Source: Flavobacteriales bacterium (GTDB taxonomy: Bacteria; Bacteroidota; Bacteroidia; Flavobacteriales; BACL11). Taken from it: a stretch of DNA of 64,000 bases. The DNA lies in contig PAHP01000005.1 of the NCBI GenBank assembly GCA_002705205.1, positions 3,757-67,756 on the forward strand. The letters run 5' to 3'. Below the pieces are notes generated by a model. That model saw nothing but the letters and a program-made list of their open reading frames with translations, made no database searches and had not been told where the DNA came from. This document shows positions 39,462-49,650 of the stretch, one piece after another. Each line of letters opens with the position of its first letter. Position 1 is the stretch's first letter. Both the position numbers and the translations under genes were made by a program.

Positions 39462-40730
39462 ATGAACTTTGTAGAAGAATTAAGATGGAGAGGAATGATA
39501 CACGATATCATGCCAGGAACTGAGGAGCAATTTGCAAAAGAAATGACTTCTGCTTATATTGGTTTTGACCCTACATCTAACTCGCTTCATATTGGTAGTT
39601 TAGTACAGATTATGATATTAGTGCACTTACAAAAATCAGGGCACAAACCTTTTGCTTTAATTGGAGGTGCGACAGGAATGGTTGGCGACCCTTCAGGAAA
39701 AAATAAAGAAAGAAACCTCCTAGATGAAAAAATATTACATGATAATCTTGATTCTGTACAGAAACAATTAGAGAAATTCCTTGATTTTGATTGTGGTGAG
39801 AATTCTGCTGAAGTTGTAAATAACCACGATTGGATTAAACAAATTACATTTTTAAATTTTATTAGAGATGTTGGGAAGCATATCTCAATTAATTATATGT
39901 TAGCTAAAGATTCGGTCAAATCACGATTAGATACGGGAATGAGTTTTACCGAATTCTCATATCAATTAGTACAAGGATATGATTTTTACTGGCTTTGGAA
40001 GAACAAAAATTGCAAAGTGCAATTGGGAGGATCTGATCAGTGGGGAAATATTGTAACTGGAACAGAACTTATTAGACGTAAAGGAGAAGGGCAAGCATTT
40101 GCAGTTACCACTCCTCTTATTAAAAAAGCAGATGGTGGCAAGTTTGGAAAAACAGAAAGCGGAAATATTTGGCTTGATAAAACAAAAACTTCTTGCTATA
40201 AATTTTACCAATTCTGGCTAAATTCTTCTGATGAAGATGCTAAAAATTACATAAAGATTTTCACCCTTAAAAATCAAGAAGAAATTGCTAAGCTTACCTC
40301 AAAACATGAATCAGAGCCTCATTTAAGAATATTACAGAAAGAAATTGCTAAAGAAGTAACTATACGTGTACATAGTAAAGAAGATTTAGAAATGGCAATA
40401 AAAGCATCTTCTATACTATTTGGGAAATCAACTTCTAAAGATTTAAAAAGCTTAGATGAAAATACTTTCCTATCTGTATTTGAAGGAGTACCTCAGTTTC
40501 AAATAACTAAAGCAGATCTAAGATCAGGAATTTTAGATTTTCTTGCCGAAAAAACAAAAATCTTTGCAAGTAAAGGCGATGCAAGAAGAATGATTAAATC
40601 TAACGCTGTAAGTATTAATAAAGATAAGATTACAGAAAATTTTGAATTATCAGAAAATGATTTACTAAACGGAAAATATATTTTAGCACAAAAAGGTAAA
40701 AAGAACTATTTTCTGATTATTGTTTCTTAA
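39462..40730 (+). CDS. tyrS: Tyrosine--tRNA ligase
   Basis: [24 protein letters not shown]-terminal S4 domain. Confidence 0.98.
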   Translation: MNFVEELRWRGMIHDIMPGTEEQFAKEMTSAYIGFDPTSNSLHIGSLVQIMILVHLQKSGHKPFALIGGATGMVGDPSGKNKERNLLDEKILHDNLDSVQKQLEKFLDFDCGENSAEVVNNHDWIKQITFLNFIRDVGKHISINYMLAKDSVKSRLDTGMSFTEFSYQLVQGYDFYWLWKNKNCKVQLGGSDQWGNIVTGTELIRRKGEGQAFAVTTPLIKKADGGKFGKTESGNIWLDKTKTSCYKFYQFWLNSSDEDAKNYIKIFTLKNQEEIAKLTSKHESEPHLRILQKEIAKEVTIRVHSKEDLEMAIKASSILFGKSTSKDLKSLDENTFLSVFEGVPQFQITKADLRSGILDFLAEKTKIFASKGDARRMIKSNAVSINKDKITENFELSENDLLNGKYILAQKGKKNYFLIIVS

Positions 40731-41187
40731 TTTTCCTCAAGGCTTTCTCCATTTCTTTATATCTCTGACTGCCAAAAATAATAGTTCGTCCATTTGACAG
40801 GAAGATTTTTAATCCTTTATTCCCACTTACAGTATATGACTTTCCTTGAAATCCATATTTTATTCCCCATCCCCCTTGATCAAAAGGGCTGTATTGGACA
40901 GTCTCTATGTTTTTGATTTGCTTTGCTTTTATCATATAAACTTTGAGATGAAATGGAAAAAATTGATAATACAGTCCCTCTGGATTTATTTTTATTCTTA
41001 ATTCCAAAAGAAAAAATAAGAGGAGTATTAATAATATCATTAACACATAATTATAGCCTACAGGGTTATTATCAAAGAAGATCATAGGTGTAATTAGAGA
41101 AAATAATAAAATAAGCCACAGCCACCATTGTCTAAACTTTTGATTTTCTTCAAATAAATAATGCATCACTTCATTATTTTTTTGCAT
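40717..41187 (-). CDS. Membrane protein, DUF6141-like (two TM segments plus PH-like domain)
   Basis: [36 protein letters not shown]. Confidence 0.65.
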   Translation of the reverse strand: MQKNNEVMHYLFEENQKFRQWWLWLILLFSLITPMIFFDNNPVGYNYVLMILLILLLFFLLELRIKINPEGLYYQFFPFHLKVYMIKAKQIKNIETVQYSPFDQGGWGIKYGFQGKSYTVSGNKGLKIFLSNGRTIIFGSQRYKEMEKALRKIKKQ

Positions 41188-42572
41188 TAATAATATTTTA
41201 CATAATTTGCAAAAAAGTGAGGAATTGTTTGGATCCCTTTTAAGTAGTTGAAGATCCCATAATGCTCATTTGGAGAATGGATTGCATCCGAATCTAATCC
41301 AAAACCAAGTAAGATAGATTTAACTTCTAATTCTTTCTCAAAAAGCGCTACAATAGGAATACTGCCTCCACTTCTAACAGGAACAGGTTTTTTTCCATAA
41401 GTAGTTTCCATAGCTTTGCTTGCTGCCAAATATGCAGGAATATCAGTTGGAGAAACATAAGGCTCTCCTCCATGATGAGGTCTTACCTTAACTCTTACTG
41501 AATCTGGAGCAATGCTCTTAAAATAGTTAGTAAATTTCTTTGTGATTTCTTCATCTGATTGATTAGGGACTAATCTCATAGAGATTTTTGCAAATGCTTT
41601 AGATGCAATAACTGTCTTAGCTCCTTCTCCAGTATATCCTCCCCATATACCATTAACATCTAAAGTTGGTCTTATTCCTGTCCTTTCCATTGTTGTAAAA
41701 CCTTCTTCTCCATGAATATCTGAAAGATCAAGCTCTTTTTTATATTGATCTAAAGAGAAAGGAGCTCTTGCAATATCAGCTCTTTCATCTTCTGATAAAT
41801 CTAGAACATCATCATAAAATCCAGGAATAGTAATGCGATTATCTTTATCTTTCATGCTTGCAATCATTTCACACAAAATATTAATAGGATTTGCAACTGC
41901 ACCTCCATACAGCCCGGAATGTAAATCCCGATTAGGACCTGTAACTTCTACCTCAAGATAACTCAACCCTTTAAGTCCTGTAGTAATAGATGGCGTATCA
42001 TTTGAAATAACTCCAGTATCTGAAATTAAAATAGTGTCCGATTTTAGTCTCTCTTTATTTTCTTTTACAAAAACTCCTAAGTTTTCTGATCCAACCTCTT
42101 CCTCTCCCTCAATCATAAATTTCACATTGCATGATAAGGTCCCAGTATTCATCATAGTTTCAAAAGCCTTTACATGAGAATAAAACTGCCCCTTATCATC
42201 ACATGCCCCTCTGGCAAAAATTGCTCCATCAGGATGTTTATCTGTTTTTTTAATAACTGGTTCGAAAGGCCCACTATCCCATAATTCCAAAGGATCTGCA
42301 GGCTGAACATCATAGTGTCCATAAATTAATACTGTTGGCAAACTAGAATCAATAATCTTTTCTGCATAAACAATTGGATGTCCTGCAGTTTTACAAACCT
42401 CTACATTATCTGCCCCTGCATCAGTTAATGATTTTGCAACTGCATTAGCACAATTTGCTACTTCTTTAGTATATTCTGGATCTGCAGAAATAGAAGGAAT
42501 TCTTAATAGTTCTATGAGTTCAGCAATAAACCTCTCTTTGTTTTCACTTATGTATTTGTTAATATGTTCCAT
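41187..42572 (-). CDS. M20 family dipeptidase (CNDP-like)
   Basis: YGHYDVQP, ARGACDDKG, EGEEEVGS, DLHSG, HSPNE. Confidence 0.92.
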   Translation of the reverse strand: MEHINKYISENKERFIAELIELLRIPSISADPEYTKEVANCANAVAKSLTDAGADNVEVCKTAGHPIVYAEKIIDSSLPTVLIYGHYDVQPADPLELWDSGPFEPVIKKTDKHPDGAIFARGACDDKGQFYSHVKAFETMMNTGTLSCNVKFMIEGEEEVGSENLGVFVKENKERLKSDTILISDTGVISNDTPSITTGLKGLSYLEVEVTGPNRDLHSGLYGGAVANPINILCEMIASMKDKDNRITIPGFYDDVLDLSEDERADIARAPFSLDQYKKELDLSDIHGEEGFTTMERTGIRPTLDVNGIWGGYTGEGAKTVIASKAFAKISMRLVPNQSDEEITKKFTNYFKSIAPDSVRVKVRPHHGGEPYVSPTDIPAYLAASKAMETTYGKKPVPVRSGGSIPIVALFEKELEVKSILLGFGLDSDAIHSPNEHYGIFNYLKGIQTIPHFFANYVKYY

Positions 42573-42576
42573 TTTA

Positions 42577-44094
42577 TTATCTTATTAATATCTTCCCAGT
42601 CATTTCTTCTGGGACTTCTAATTCCATTATTTTTAATATTGTAGGAGCAATATCTCCTAACTTTCCATTTTCAATCTTTTCAAAGCCTGTATTAATTGCA
42701 AAACAAGGGACAGGATTAATACTATGTGCAGTATTTGGTGACCCATCAGCATTTATTGCAAAATCAGCATTCCCATGATCTGAAATAATAAGAAGTGCAT
42801 AGTTATTTTTCTTTCCTGATTCAACCACCGTTTTGACACATTTATCTACTGCTTCCACTGCGTTGATTATTGCATTATAATCTCCAGTATGCCCAACCAT
42901 ATCAGCATTTGCAAAATTTAGGCATATAAAATCTGCTTCCCTTTTTTCTAATTCTGACACAATATTTGAAGTAACTTCTAGTGCACTCATCTCAGGCTGT
43001 AAATCATAAGTTCTAACTTTTGGGGAATTTACCATTAAGCGCTTTTCACCAATAAATTCTTTTTCCCTTCCTCCTGAAAAGAAAAAAGTAACATGAGGAT
43101 ATTTTTCTGTTTCAGCAATTCGAATTTGATTTTTACTATTCTGCTCCAAAACCTCTCCTAAAGTATTTTTAATATTTTCCTTATCGTAAATTACATGTAT
43201 ATTTTTAAAATCTTCATCATAATTTGTAAGGGTAGTATAATGTAAATCCAACGTCTTCATTTCGAATTCTAGCATGTCTTTCTGCGTCAATACTACGGTA
43301 ATTTCTCTGCATCTATCGGTTCTGAAATTAAAACAGATCACGGCATCACCTTCTTTTATTTTCGTAATTGGCTTATCGTTTTCATCAACTGAAATGATTG
43401 GCTTGATAAACTCATCTGTTACTCCATTATTATAAGATTTTTGAATAGATTCAGATAGATTCTTAGATTTTTCTCCCTCACCATTTACCATCAAATTAAA
43501 AGCTAATTTTATCCTTTCCCATCTTTTATCTCTGTCCATTGCATAATACCTGCCACAAACAGAAGCAATTTTTGCTCCAAATAAATTTCTCTCTAAATCT
43601 TTAATAAAATCTTTTCCACTTTTAGGGTCACAGTCTCTTCCATCTGTAAAGGCATGGATAAAAACATCTTTAACTCCAGCTTTATTTGCAAGTTCACATA
43701 ATTTATAAAGATGATTTTGATGAGAATGAATTCCACCATCAGAAACTAAGCCAATTAAATGAAGGGGCTTATTCTTTTCTTTTGCATAAATAAAAGATTT
43801 TTTTAAATTTTCCATATCTGCGATAGAATTATCATCACAAGCAATATTAATCTTTTGTAAATCCTGATAGACAATTCTACCAGCACCAATATTAAGATGG
43901 CCTACTTCTGAATTTCCCATTTGCTCTTTAGGAAGCCCAACATCCTCTCCTGCTGTTAATAGTTCGCAATTAGGGTATTTATTATATAATGAATCGACAA
44001 AAGGAGTTCTGGCATTGTGTATGGCATCTGATTTTGTTTTATTGCCATGCCCCCAACCATCTAAAATAATAAGTACTGTTTTTTTACCCGCCAT
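42577..44094 (-). CDS. gpmI: 2,3-bisphosphoglycerate-independent phosphoglycerate mutase
   Basis: ILDGWG, MGNSEVGH, GRYYAMDRD, AETEKYPHVTFF, DMVGHTG, DHGN. Confidence 0.98.
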   Translation of the reverse strand: MAGKKTVLIILDGWGHGNKTKSDAIHNARTPFVDSLYNKYPNCELLTAGEDVGLPKEQMGNSEVGHLNIGAGRIVYQDLQKINIACDDNSIADMENLKKSFIYAKEKNKPLHLIGLVSDGGIHSHQNHLYKLCELANKAGVKDVFIHAFTDGRDCDPKSGKDFIKDLERNLFGAKIASVCGRYYAMDRDKRWERIKLAFNLMVNGEGEKSKNLSESIQKSYNNGVTDEFIKPIISVDENDKPITKIKEGDAVICFNFRTDRCREITVVLTQKDMLEFEMKTLDLHYTTLTNYDEDFKNIHVIYDKENIKNTLGEVLEQNSKNQIRIAETEKYPHVTFFFSGGREKEFIGEKRLMVNSPKVRTYDLQPEMSALEVTSNIVSELEKREADFICLNFANADMVGHTGDYNAIINAVEAVDKCVKTVVESGKKNNYALLIISDHGNADFAINADGSPNTAHSINPVPCFAINTGFEKIENGKLGDIAPTILKIMELEVPEEMTGKILIR

Positions 44095-44127
44095 AGACGG
44101 ACAAAGATAGAAAAAGTAGAGGCTTAA

Positions 44128-44868
44128 TTAGTTAGAAATAGCACGGAAAAAACTAGAGCGCATCTGCTGATAAATTGCATTGTATTTTCCTAAGCGCTCA
44201 GGATGAAATTGGACCGCAATCATAAATGGATGAACAGAACTATTCATAACTACAGCCTCAGGCAAGCCATCATATGAACGTGCAATAATCCGTAAATCCT
44301 TAGAAATATCTTTAAGTCCTTGATGATGCCAAGAATTAACCATAAAATCATCTTTCCCATCTGGAAAAATCAAAGAAGATGTATCACAAAGTACAATCTC
44401 ATGCATTACCTCTCCTTTATTACGATGAATAACTCCAGTTCCTAGCTGTGTTGGGATATCTCCATAAAGCGTTCCTCCCATTGCAACATTCATCATTTGC
44501 ATCCCTCGGCAAACCCCTATAAGTGGTAATTTATTATTAAATGCAAAATCAAATAACTTTCTCTCTAATGTATCTCTTCTAAAATTAATTTTACCGCACA
44601 GCTTAATATTACTTGTATCATTATATTCAAGTGGATTTATATCTTCTCCCCCAGTTAAGATAATCCCATCTGCTAAGTCTAATATGCTATCGGTATTCTT
44701 AATAGTATAGGCGTCTAAAATAATTACATCTTCAGCTTCTATCCATTTTATATAATTTAAAGATGCTTTAGATAAAATTATTGTTGTTTTTTTTGGCTCT
44801 TCTTGGCATGAAGATAGAATAGTCAAGAAAAGTGATACAGCTAAAAATACATAAATTATTTTTTGCAT
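44128..44868 (-). CDS. Peptidase C26 (gamma-glutamyl hydrolase/PuuD-like) with lipoprotein signal
   Basis: LSSC lipobox; LTGGEDINP, GVCRGMQ, VNSWHHQG, VQFHPE; own TAAGTTTG promoter (44893-44886). Confidence 0.88.
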   Translation of the reverse strand: MQKIIYVFLAVSLFLTILSSCQEEPKKTTIILSKASLNYIKWIEAEDVIILDAYTIKNTDSILDLADGIILTGGEDINPLEYNDTSNIKLCGKINFRRDTLERKLFDFAFNNKLPLIGVCRGMQMMNVAMGGTLYGDIPTQLGTGVIHRNKGEVMHEIVLCDTSSLIFPDGKDDFMVNSWHHQGLKDISKDLRIIARSYDGLPEAVVMNSSVHPFMIAVQFHPERLGKYNAIYQQMRSSFFRAISN

Positions 44869-44989
44869 AATACTATTTTTAAAAACAAACTTAAGATTTA
44901 TTTACTTAAAAGAAGATATCTTTTTAAGATTTATCCTATTCAACATGTAAATATAGACCGCACATCTTATATCTGCTAATTATTATGTT

Positions 44990-45160
44990 TTTTATTGCAA
45001 AAAAGTGCATTTTATTGCAAAAAAGTGCATTTTATTGCAAAAAAATATCATATTTATCCCTTTTTGTATTCTTGTTAAATCACGAAATACACTTATATGC
45101 ATTTTTACTAAATAATAAAAATCCATAAAATGCACTTTTTTGCAATAAAATGTAATAAAA
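44990..45160. repeat. 20-bp tandem repeat (x2.75) plus a perfect 28-bp inverted copy
   Basis: TTTTATTGCAAAAAAGTGCA at 44990, 45010 and 45030 (partial); 45125-45152 is the exact reverse complement of 45008-45035. Confidence 0.95.
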
Positions 45161-46495
45161 TTACACTAAAAGAAGCATTTTCTGCATTATTTCATCGCTT
45201 TCCCATATTTTTTTAATATTAGGAATGCTCATGATACTTTGCATAAGCTCTTCTTGCTTCATTCCAATTTCCCAAGCCTCGGAATAAGGTGTGTTTGTAA
45301 AACTAACCATAGAATAAAGAGGAACCCATTTATCTGGATATAGATTAGCAAATTTTTGCTCTATTTTTTTCTGTAATAAAAACTCAGGATCAGCAGTTTT
45401 ATCCCTCATTACTACATAATTTTGAATTGACAAATCCTGAAGCCCGTCCCCATTAGGCTTTCTATTTTGAGAATATTCAACAAAGCATGATTTTAAATCT
45501 TCTCCATGCTTATCTAATAACTCGTCTAATATTCTACAATCTTCAAGACTTGCATTCATCCCTTGACCATAAAAAGGAACCGTTGCATGAGCAGCATCAC
45601 CTATCAATACAGCCGTGTCATTTATATGCCAAGGATATGTTTTTACAATACCTAGCCCAGAAGTAGGGTTGTTAATCCACTGCTTATACAAATCAGGAAC
45701 TAAGTCATAAAAATCAGGAAATATATTCCGAAAATAACTCTCCACTTCATTCTTAGAATTTAATCTTTCAAAAGATTTTTCGCCATTTTTTGGGGCAAAT
45801 AATGTGCACGTAAAACTACCATCTAAATTTGCCAGTGCAATTAACATAAAATCTCCTCTTGGCCAAATATGAAGCGCATTCTTATCTAATAAAAAAGAAT
45901 TCTTCGGTCCAGCTGCAATATGTAGCTCTTTATAATCATGATCAATTTTTAAATAATTAAATTCATGATCATGATGCTCAACCATTTGCTTCCTAACGGC
46001 AGAAAATGTTCCATCTCCACCAATCACTAAATCAGATTGAATTCTTTGTCTTTTATTTGTGATTGTATTTTCAAAAACAACACTTGACTCTTCTAGATCA
46101 GCTTCTATACACTTCTCATTAAAATTAAGAGCCGCCCCATTCTCCTCAGCTAACCTCATCATTAATACATTTAATTGAGCTCTAGAAATAGAATAAATAG
46201 CCTGTCCTTTATTGCCATATGGCTGTTCTGTTAAGTTTCCTTTTTGATCATGCATTACTCGCTTATACATAGGAATAGCAATTTTCATCACCTCAGCATC
46301 TACCCCTACTTTTTTCAATGCCGTCAATCCTCTCTTAGAAAGTGCTAAATTGATAGATTTTCCTGCAGTAATGATTTCTGATCTTAAATCTTTTCTTCTT
46401 TCAAAAATAGTAACCTTAAATCCTCTTTTAGTAAGATATAAAGCACACAAAGAGCCTGCCAATCCAGCCCCAACAATTGTAACGTCTTTTCTCAT
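45161..46495 (-). CDS. kmo: Kynurenine 3-monooxygenase
   Basis: GAGLAG, GKSINLALSKRG, LHIWPR, GDAAHATVPFYGQGMNA, PLYSMVSFT. Confidence 0.95.
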   Translation of the reverse strand: MRKDVTIVGAGLAGSLCALYLTKRGFKVTIFERRKDLRSEIITAGKSINLALSKRGLTALKKVGVDAEVMKIAIPMYKRVMHDQKGNLTEQPYGNKGQAIYSISRAQLNVLMMRLAEENGAALNFNEKCIEADLEESSVVFENTITNKRQRIQSDLVIGGDGTFSAVRKQMVEHHDHEFNYLKIDHDYKELHIAAGPKNSFLLDKNALHIWPRGDFMLIALANLDGSFTCTLFAPKNGEKSFERLNSKNEVESYFRNIFPDFYDLVPDLYKQWINNPTSGLGIVKTYPWHINDTAVLIGDAAHATVPFYGQGMNASLEDCRILDELLDKHGEDLKSCFVEYSQNRKPNGDGLQDLSIQNYVVMRDKTADPEFLLQKKIEQKFANLYPDKWVPLYSMVSFTNTPYSEAWEIGMKQEELMQSIMSIPNIKKIWESDEIMQKMLLLV

Positions 46496-47746
46496 TTATA
46501 AAGCATCTTTCAATATAGTGTAAAATTTAAATACGTCCTCAAAGCTATTATAAAGAGGCACAGGCGCTATTCGGATTACATCAGGATCCCTCCAATCTGC
46601 AATCACTCCTTTTTCTGTAATAGATCCAAACAATTTCTTATTCCCATTTTCAACCCTAATTGAAAGCTGGCATCCTCTTTCTTTAGGAGTAATGATGCTA
46701 ATTCTTTCACTATTAATTGTAGACAATAAAAAGAGAAGATAGCCTGTAAGTTCTTTTGATTTATCCAGCAACTTGTCCATTCCTACTTCATCAAAAATGG
46801 AAAGTGACGCTCTTATTGCTGCTAAGGATAAAATTGGCGGATTACTTAATTGCCAGCCCTCAGCTGTATTAATAGGAAGAAAACTATCGGGCATCTTAAA
46901 TCTATCTTCTTTATTATGACCCCACCAACCTGCAAATCTGGGCAAATTACTATGATGATGCTTTTCATGAATAAAAGCTCCTGCAACTGATCCTGGGCCA
47001 GAATTTAAATACTTGTATGAGCACCACACTGCAAAATCAACCCCCCATTCATGCAATTCTAGTTTGATATTTCCAGCAGCATGAGCTAAATCAAAACCTA
47101 CATTTATACCTTTACTGTGTGCTATTTTGGTGATTCTCTCAAAATCAAACACTTGGCCAGTATAATAGTTCACCCCCCCCAGCATTATTAAAGCTATTTC
47201 TCCTTCATCTTTTGCTATTATTTCAGCGATATCTTCTGTTCTTATTGAGGATTCCCCATCTCTTGATTTAAGTTTAATAAGCGAACTTGCAGCAGAGAAC
47301 CCGTGATGCTCTATTTGAGATTCTACAGCATAAATATCTGATGGAAATGCATCTTCTTCAATTATAATTTTATGCTTTTTTGCAGTTGGTCGATAAAAAG
47401 AAACCATCATTAGATGAAGATTAACCGTTAATGTATTCATTGCCACTACTTCTGATTGTTTTGCTCCTACAATTCTAGCATAGCTTTCTGTTAAGAATTC
47501 ATGATACGGCATCCATGGATTTTTAGCCTGAAAATGTCCTTCGACGCCAAAAGTAGCCCAATCATCTAGCTCTTGATTTAAAAAATCCTTTGTTATTTTA
47601 GGCTGCAATCCTAGAGAGTTTCCGCACATATAAATATGCTCCTCACCATTTCTCTGTAAAGGGATATGAAATTGATTTCTATAACCTTTTAATTCATCTT
47701 TTGCATCTAAATATAATGCAAAATCTAATGTCTCTTTATAGTCCAT
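46496..47746 (-). CDS. kynU: Kynureninase (eukaryote-like clade)
   Basis: YMCGNSLGLQP, MNTLTVNLH, FPSD, DLAHAAGN, WCSYKYLNSGPG, WQLSNPP. Confidence 0.96.
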   Translation of the reverse strand: MDYKETLDFALYLDAKDELKGYRNQFHIPLQRNGEEHIYMCGNSLGLQPKITKDFLNQELDDWATFGVEGHFQAKNPWMPYHEFLTESYARIVGAKQSEVVAMNTLTVNLHLMMVSFYRPTAKKHKIIIEEDAFPSDIYAVESQIEHHGFSAASSLIKLKSRDGESSIRTEDIAEIIAKDEGEIALIMLGGVNYYTGQVFDFERITKIAHSKGINVGFDLAHAAGNIKLELHEWGVDFAVWCSYKYLNSGPGSVAGAFIHEKHHHSNLPRFAGWWGHNKEDRFKMPDSFLPINTAEGWQLSNPPILSLAAIRASLSIFDEVGMDKLLDKSKELTGYLLFLLSTINSERISIITPKERGCQLSIRVENGNKKLFGSITEKGVIADWRDPDVIRIAPVPLYNSFEDVFKFYTILKDAL

Positions 47747-48536
47747 TGATCTTATAAATAATTGGCCTGCTTGGAGCAGCATCGGAAACAAATGGAGGTA
47801 TCTGTAAGTTTAATATACAGCTACAATCCTCTAAAGAAGCAGGCGCAAAAATCATTTCTGTAATTGTTTTATTTTTAGTTTTTGCATTGAATTCCTTGTG
47901 TTCTGTTTGCCAGAATATATTGTGAGCTGAAAGATTCCCCTCATCTAACAATCTGTCTACAGAAGGAGTGTCAACTAACAAATGCTGGACCCCTAAACTT
48001 ACAATGTAATGCATTGCATCAATACTAAAAAAAGGAGTAGATAAATTCATGTAATCTCTACTTTTCTTACTTTCAGAATTTGGCAAAGTGCGTATTATTA
48101 ACCCTCTCAAAAAATGAACGTTTACACCCCTTAACTGACTCTCTAAATCTTCTTTTGTAATTACTAAATCTTCACTATTTAAACTAGGGATATATTTTTC
48201 ATCCGTTGTTTTAGGGGTAATAGAAATAAGAGTAGAAGGTATCATTTCATCTCTTAAGGATGATAAAATATCAATTCGCTCATTGGTAATATGACCAATG
48301 CACTCAGTATGCGTCCCATTACAATGAGGAGTAAAACTATATGTTTCAAAATTGCAAGGCCCCCCTTTTCTAGTATCACCAAAAAATTGCCCATCTTGAT
48401 ATGGTTTTGAAACTGCCCTGTCTACTCCATAAGTATTAGGCTGCTCTCCATTAAATTTTAGGGGAATAGAAATGTCAACTCCTTTTGAAAAATCAATACT
48501 ATATTGTCTATCACCCACTTCAATATCTGCTCTCAT
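47736..48536 (-). CDS. kynB: Cyclase-family protein, probable kynurenine formamidase
   Basis: PHCNGTHTECIGH metal motif, DTPSVD, ITEM, DAAPSRP; operon context. Confidence 0.75.
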   Translation of the reverse strand: MRADIEVGDRQYSIDFSKGVDISIPLKFNGEQPNTYGVDRAVSKPYQDGQFFGDTRKGGPCNFETYSFTPHCNGTHTECIGHITNERIDILSSLRDEMIPSTLISITPKTTDEKYIPSLNSEDLVITKEDLESQLRGVNVHFLRGLIIRTLPNSESKKSRDYMNLSTPFFSIDAMHYIVSLGVQHLLVDTPSVDRLLDEGNLSAHNIFWQTEHKEFNAKTKNKTITEMIFAPASLEDCSCILNLQIPPFVSDAAPSRPIIYKINGL

Positions 48537-49576
48537 TATATTAAGTCTTCTTTTCTCATGCCTAACCAATCTAGCACATTTTTGTGCCAAATATCTTTTT
48601 CTTCCTGTTCGGAGAGAACTCCAATTTCCTTAGCATAATCTAAAACTCTGCCAGGATATGAGGTGCCAACACCTTCAATTTCTCCTAATGGAAATGGATC
48701 ATCTAATCCGGTTATTATTTGACTAGCCCCAACACGCTTCTTTAATAAATCTAAAGTATGTGAGTCATGAACTAATGTGTCAAAATATAAATTTTTATGT
48801 CCCAATGTTTTTCTGGGATCTTGTAAGTTGTCAAATAGATCTGGCCGACCATCAAACCCTTGAATTCTTCTTCCGTAATTAGCAATAGCTAGCATTCCAC
48901 CATGTGCAAAACAAGTCCTTAAGTTGGGATATCTATTTGGCAAATCTCTAAGAGTGAATATATGTAATGCATCAGCACATTGCGCCATCATCCAAACTAG
49001 ATGAAATCTCCAGTATTGGTTTCTTAAAGCAATCATCTTCTCACCATCATAGGGGTGAATTTGAACTGCTAGGCTGTATTTATTGGCTAATTCAAATATG
49101 GGATCAACATTTACTTCTGCTATAGATAGCCAGTCTCCATTTGCATTTAAAAAATGGGTAGGCAAACAAAGCACCTTTAATTTAAGCTGATTTACACATC
49201 GGTCAATCTCCTTAAGAGCATGGTTCATGTATAATGGCTGAACTACAAAGCCACAAGTAAACTTTTCTGAATAATCAGCTTGAACAGAAGCATTGAAATC
49301 ATTTTGAAACCGAATTGCATCAATACAATCTTTTTTTTCCCAACCATTACAATATAACTGTGATAAACATAACATAACACCATGATCAATATTATGCTGA
49401 TTCATCCATTCTATTTTTTCTTTAACAAAAAATCCAGGCCCATTAATTGGCCTTGACCAATCTCCTTGCCTCATGAATTTCTTATCTTCATCAATAGAAA
49501 AGAGCTTCTTTTCTTTCATGAAATTAGGAATCTGAGAAGGCTCCGGAAGTATATGTCCATGTCCATTTATTCTCAT
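48536..49576 (-). CDS. Amidohydrolase 2 family, probable 2-amino-3-carboxymuconate-6-semialdehyde decarboxylase (ACMSD)
   Basis: HGHILP, IHP, CFAHGG, YFDTLVHD, DDPFPLGE; context next to 3-HAO. Confidence 0.8.
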   Translation of the reverse strand: MRINGHGHILPEPSQIPNFMKEKKLFSIDEDKKFMRQGDWSRPINGPGFFVKEKIEWMNQHNIDHGVMLCLSQLYCNGWEKKDCIDAIRFQNDFNASVQADYSEKFTCGFVVQPLYMNHALKEIDRCVNQLKLKVLCLPTHFLNANGDWLSIAEVNVDPIFELANKYSLAVQIHPYDGEKMIALRNQYWRFHLVWMMAQCADALHIFTLRDLPNRYPNLRTCFAHGGMLAIANYGRRIQGFDGRPDLFDNLQDPRKTLGHKNLYFDTLVHDSHTLDLLKKRVGASQIITGLDDPFPLGEIEGVGTSYPGRVLDYAKEIGVLSEQEEKDIWHKNVLDWLGMRKEDLI

Positions 49577-49650
49577 GATTTAAGAATTACCTTTTTTTAA
49601 ATTTACTTTCATTTTAAATACGACTCGTAAATTAATCATAATCTACTCAT

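Noticed and set aside
44990-45044. CRISPR array interpretation of the 20-bp repeats
   Set aside because: Units are directly adjacent with no unique spacers, and no cas genes are present
44869-45160. oriC, terminus or dif site in the long intergenic gap
   Set aside because: No DnaA-box cluster or full dif consensus seen (only a partial TGTTAAAT); by eye, strand codon bias does not switch across it
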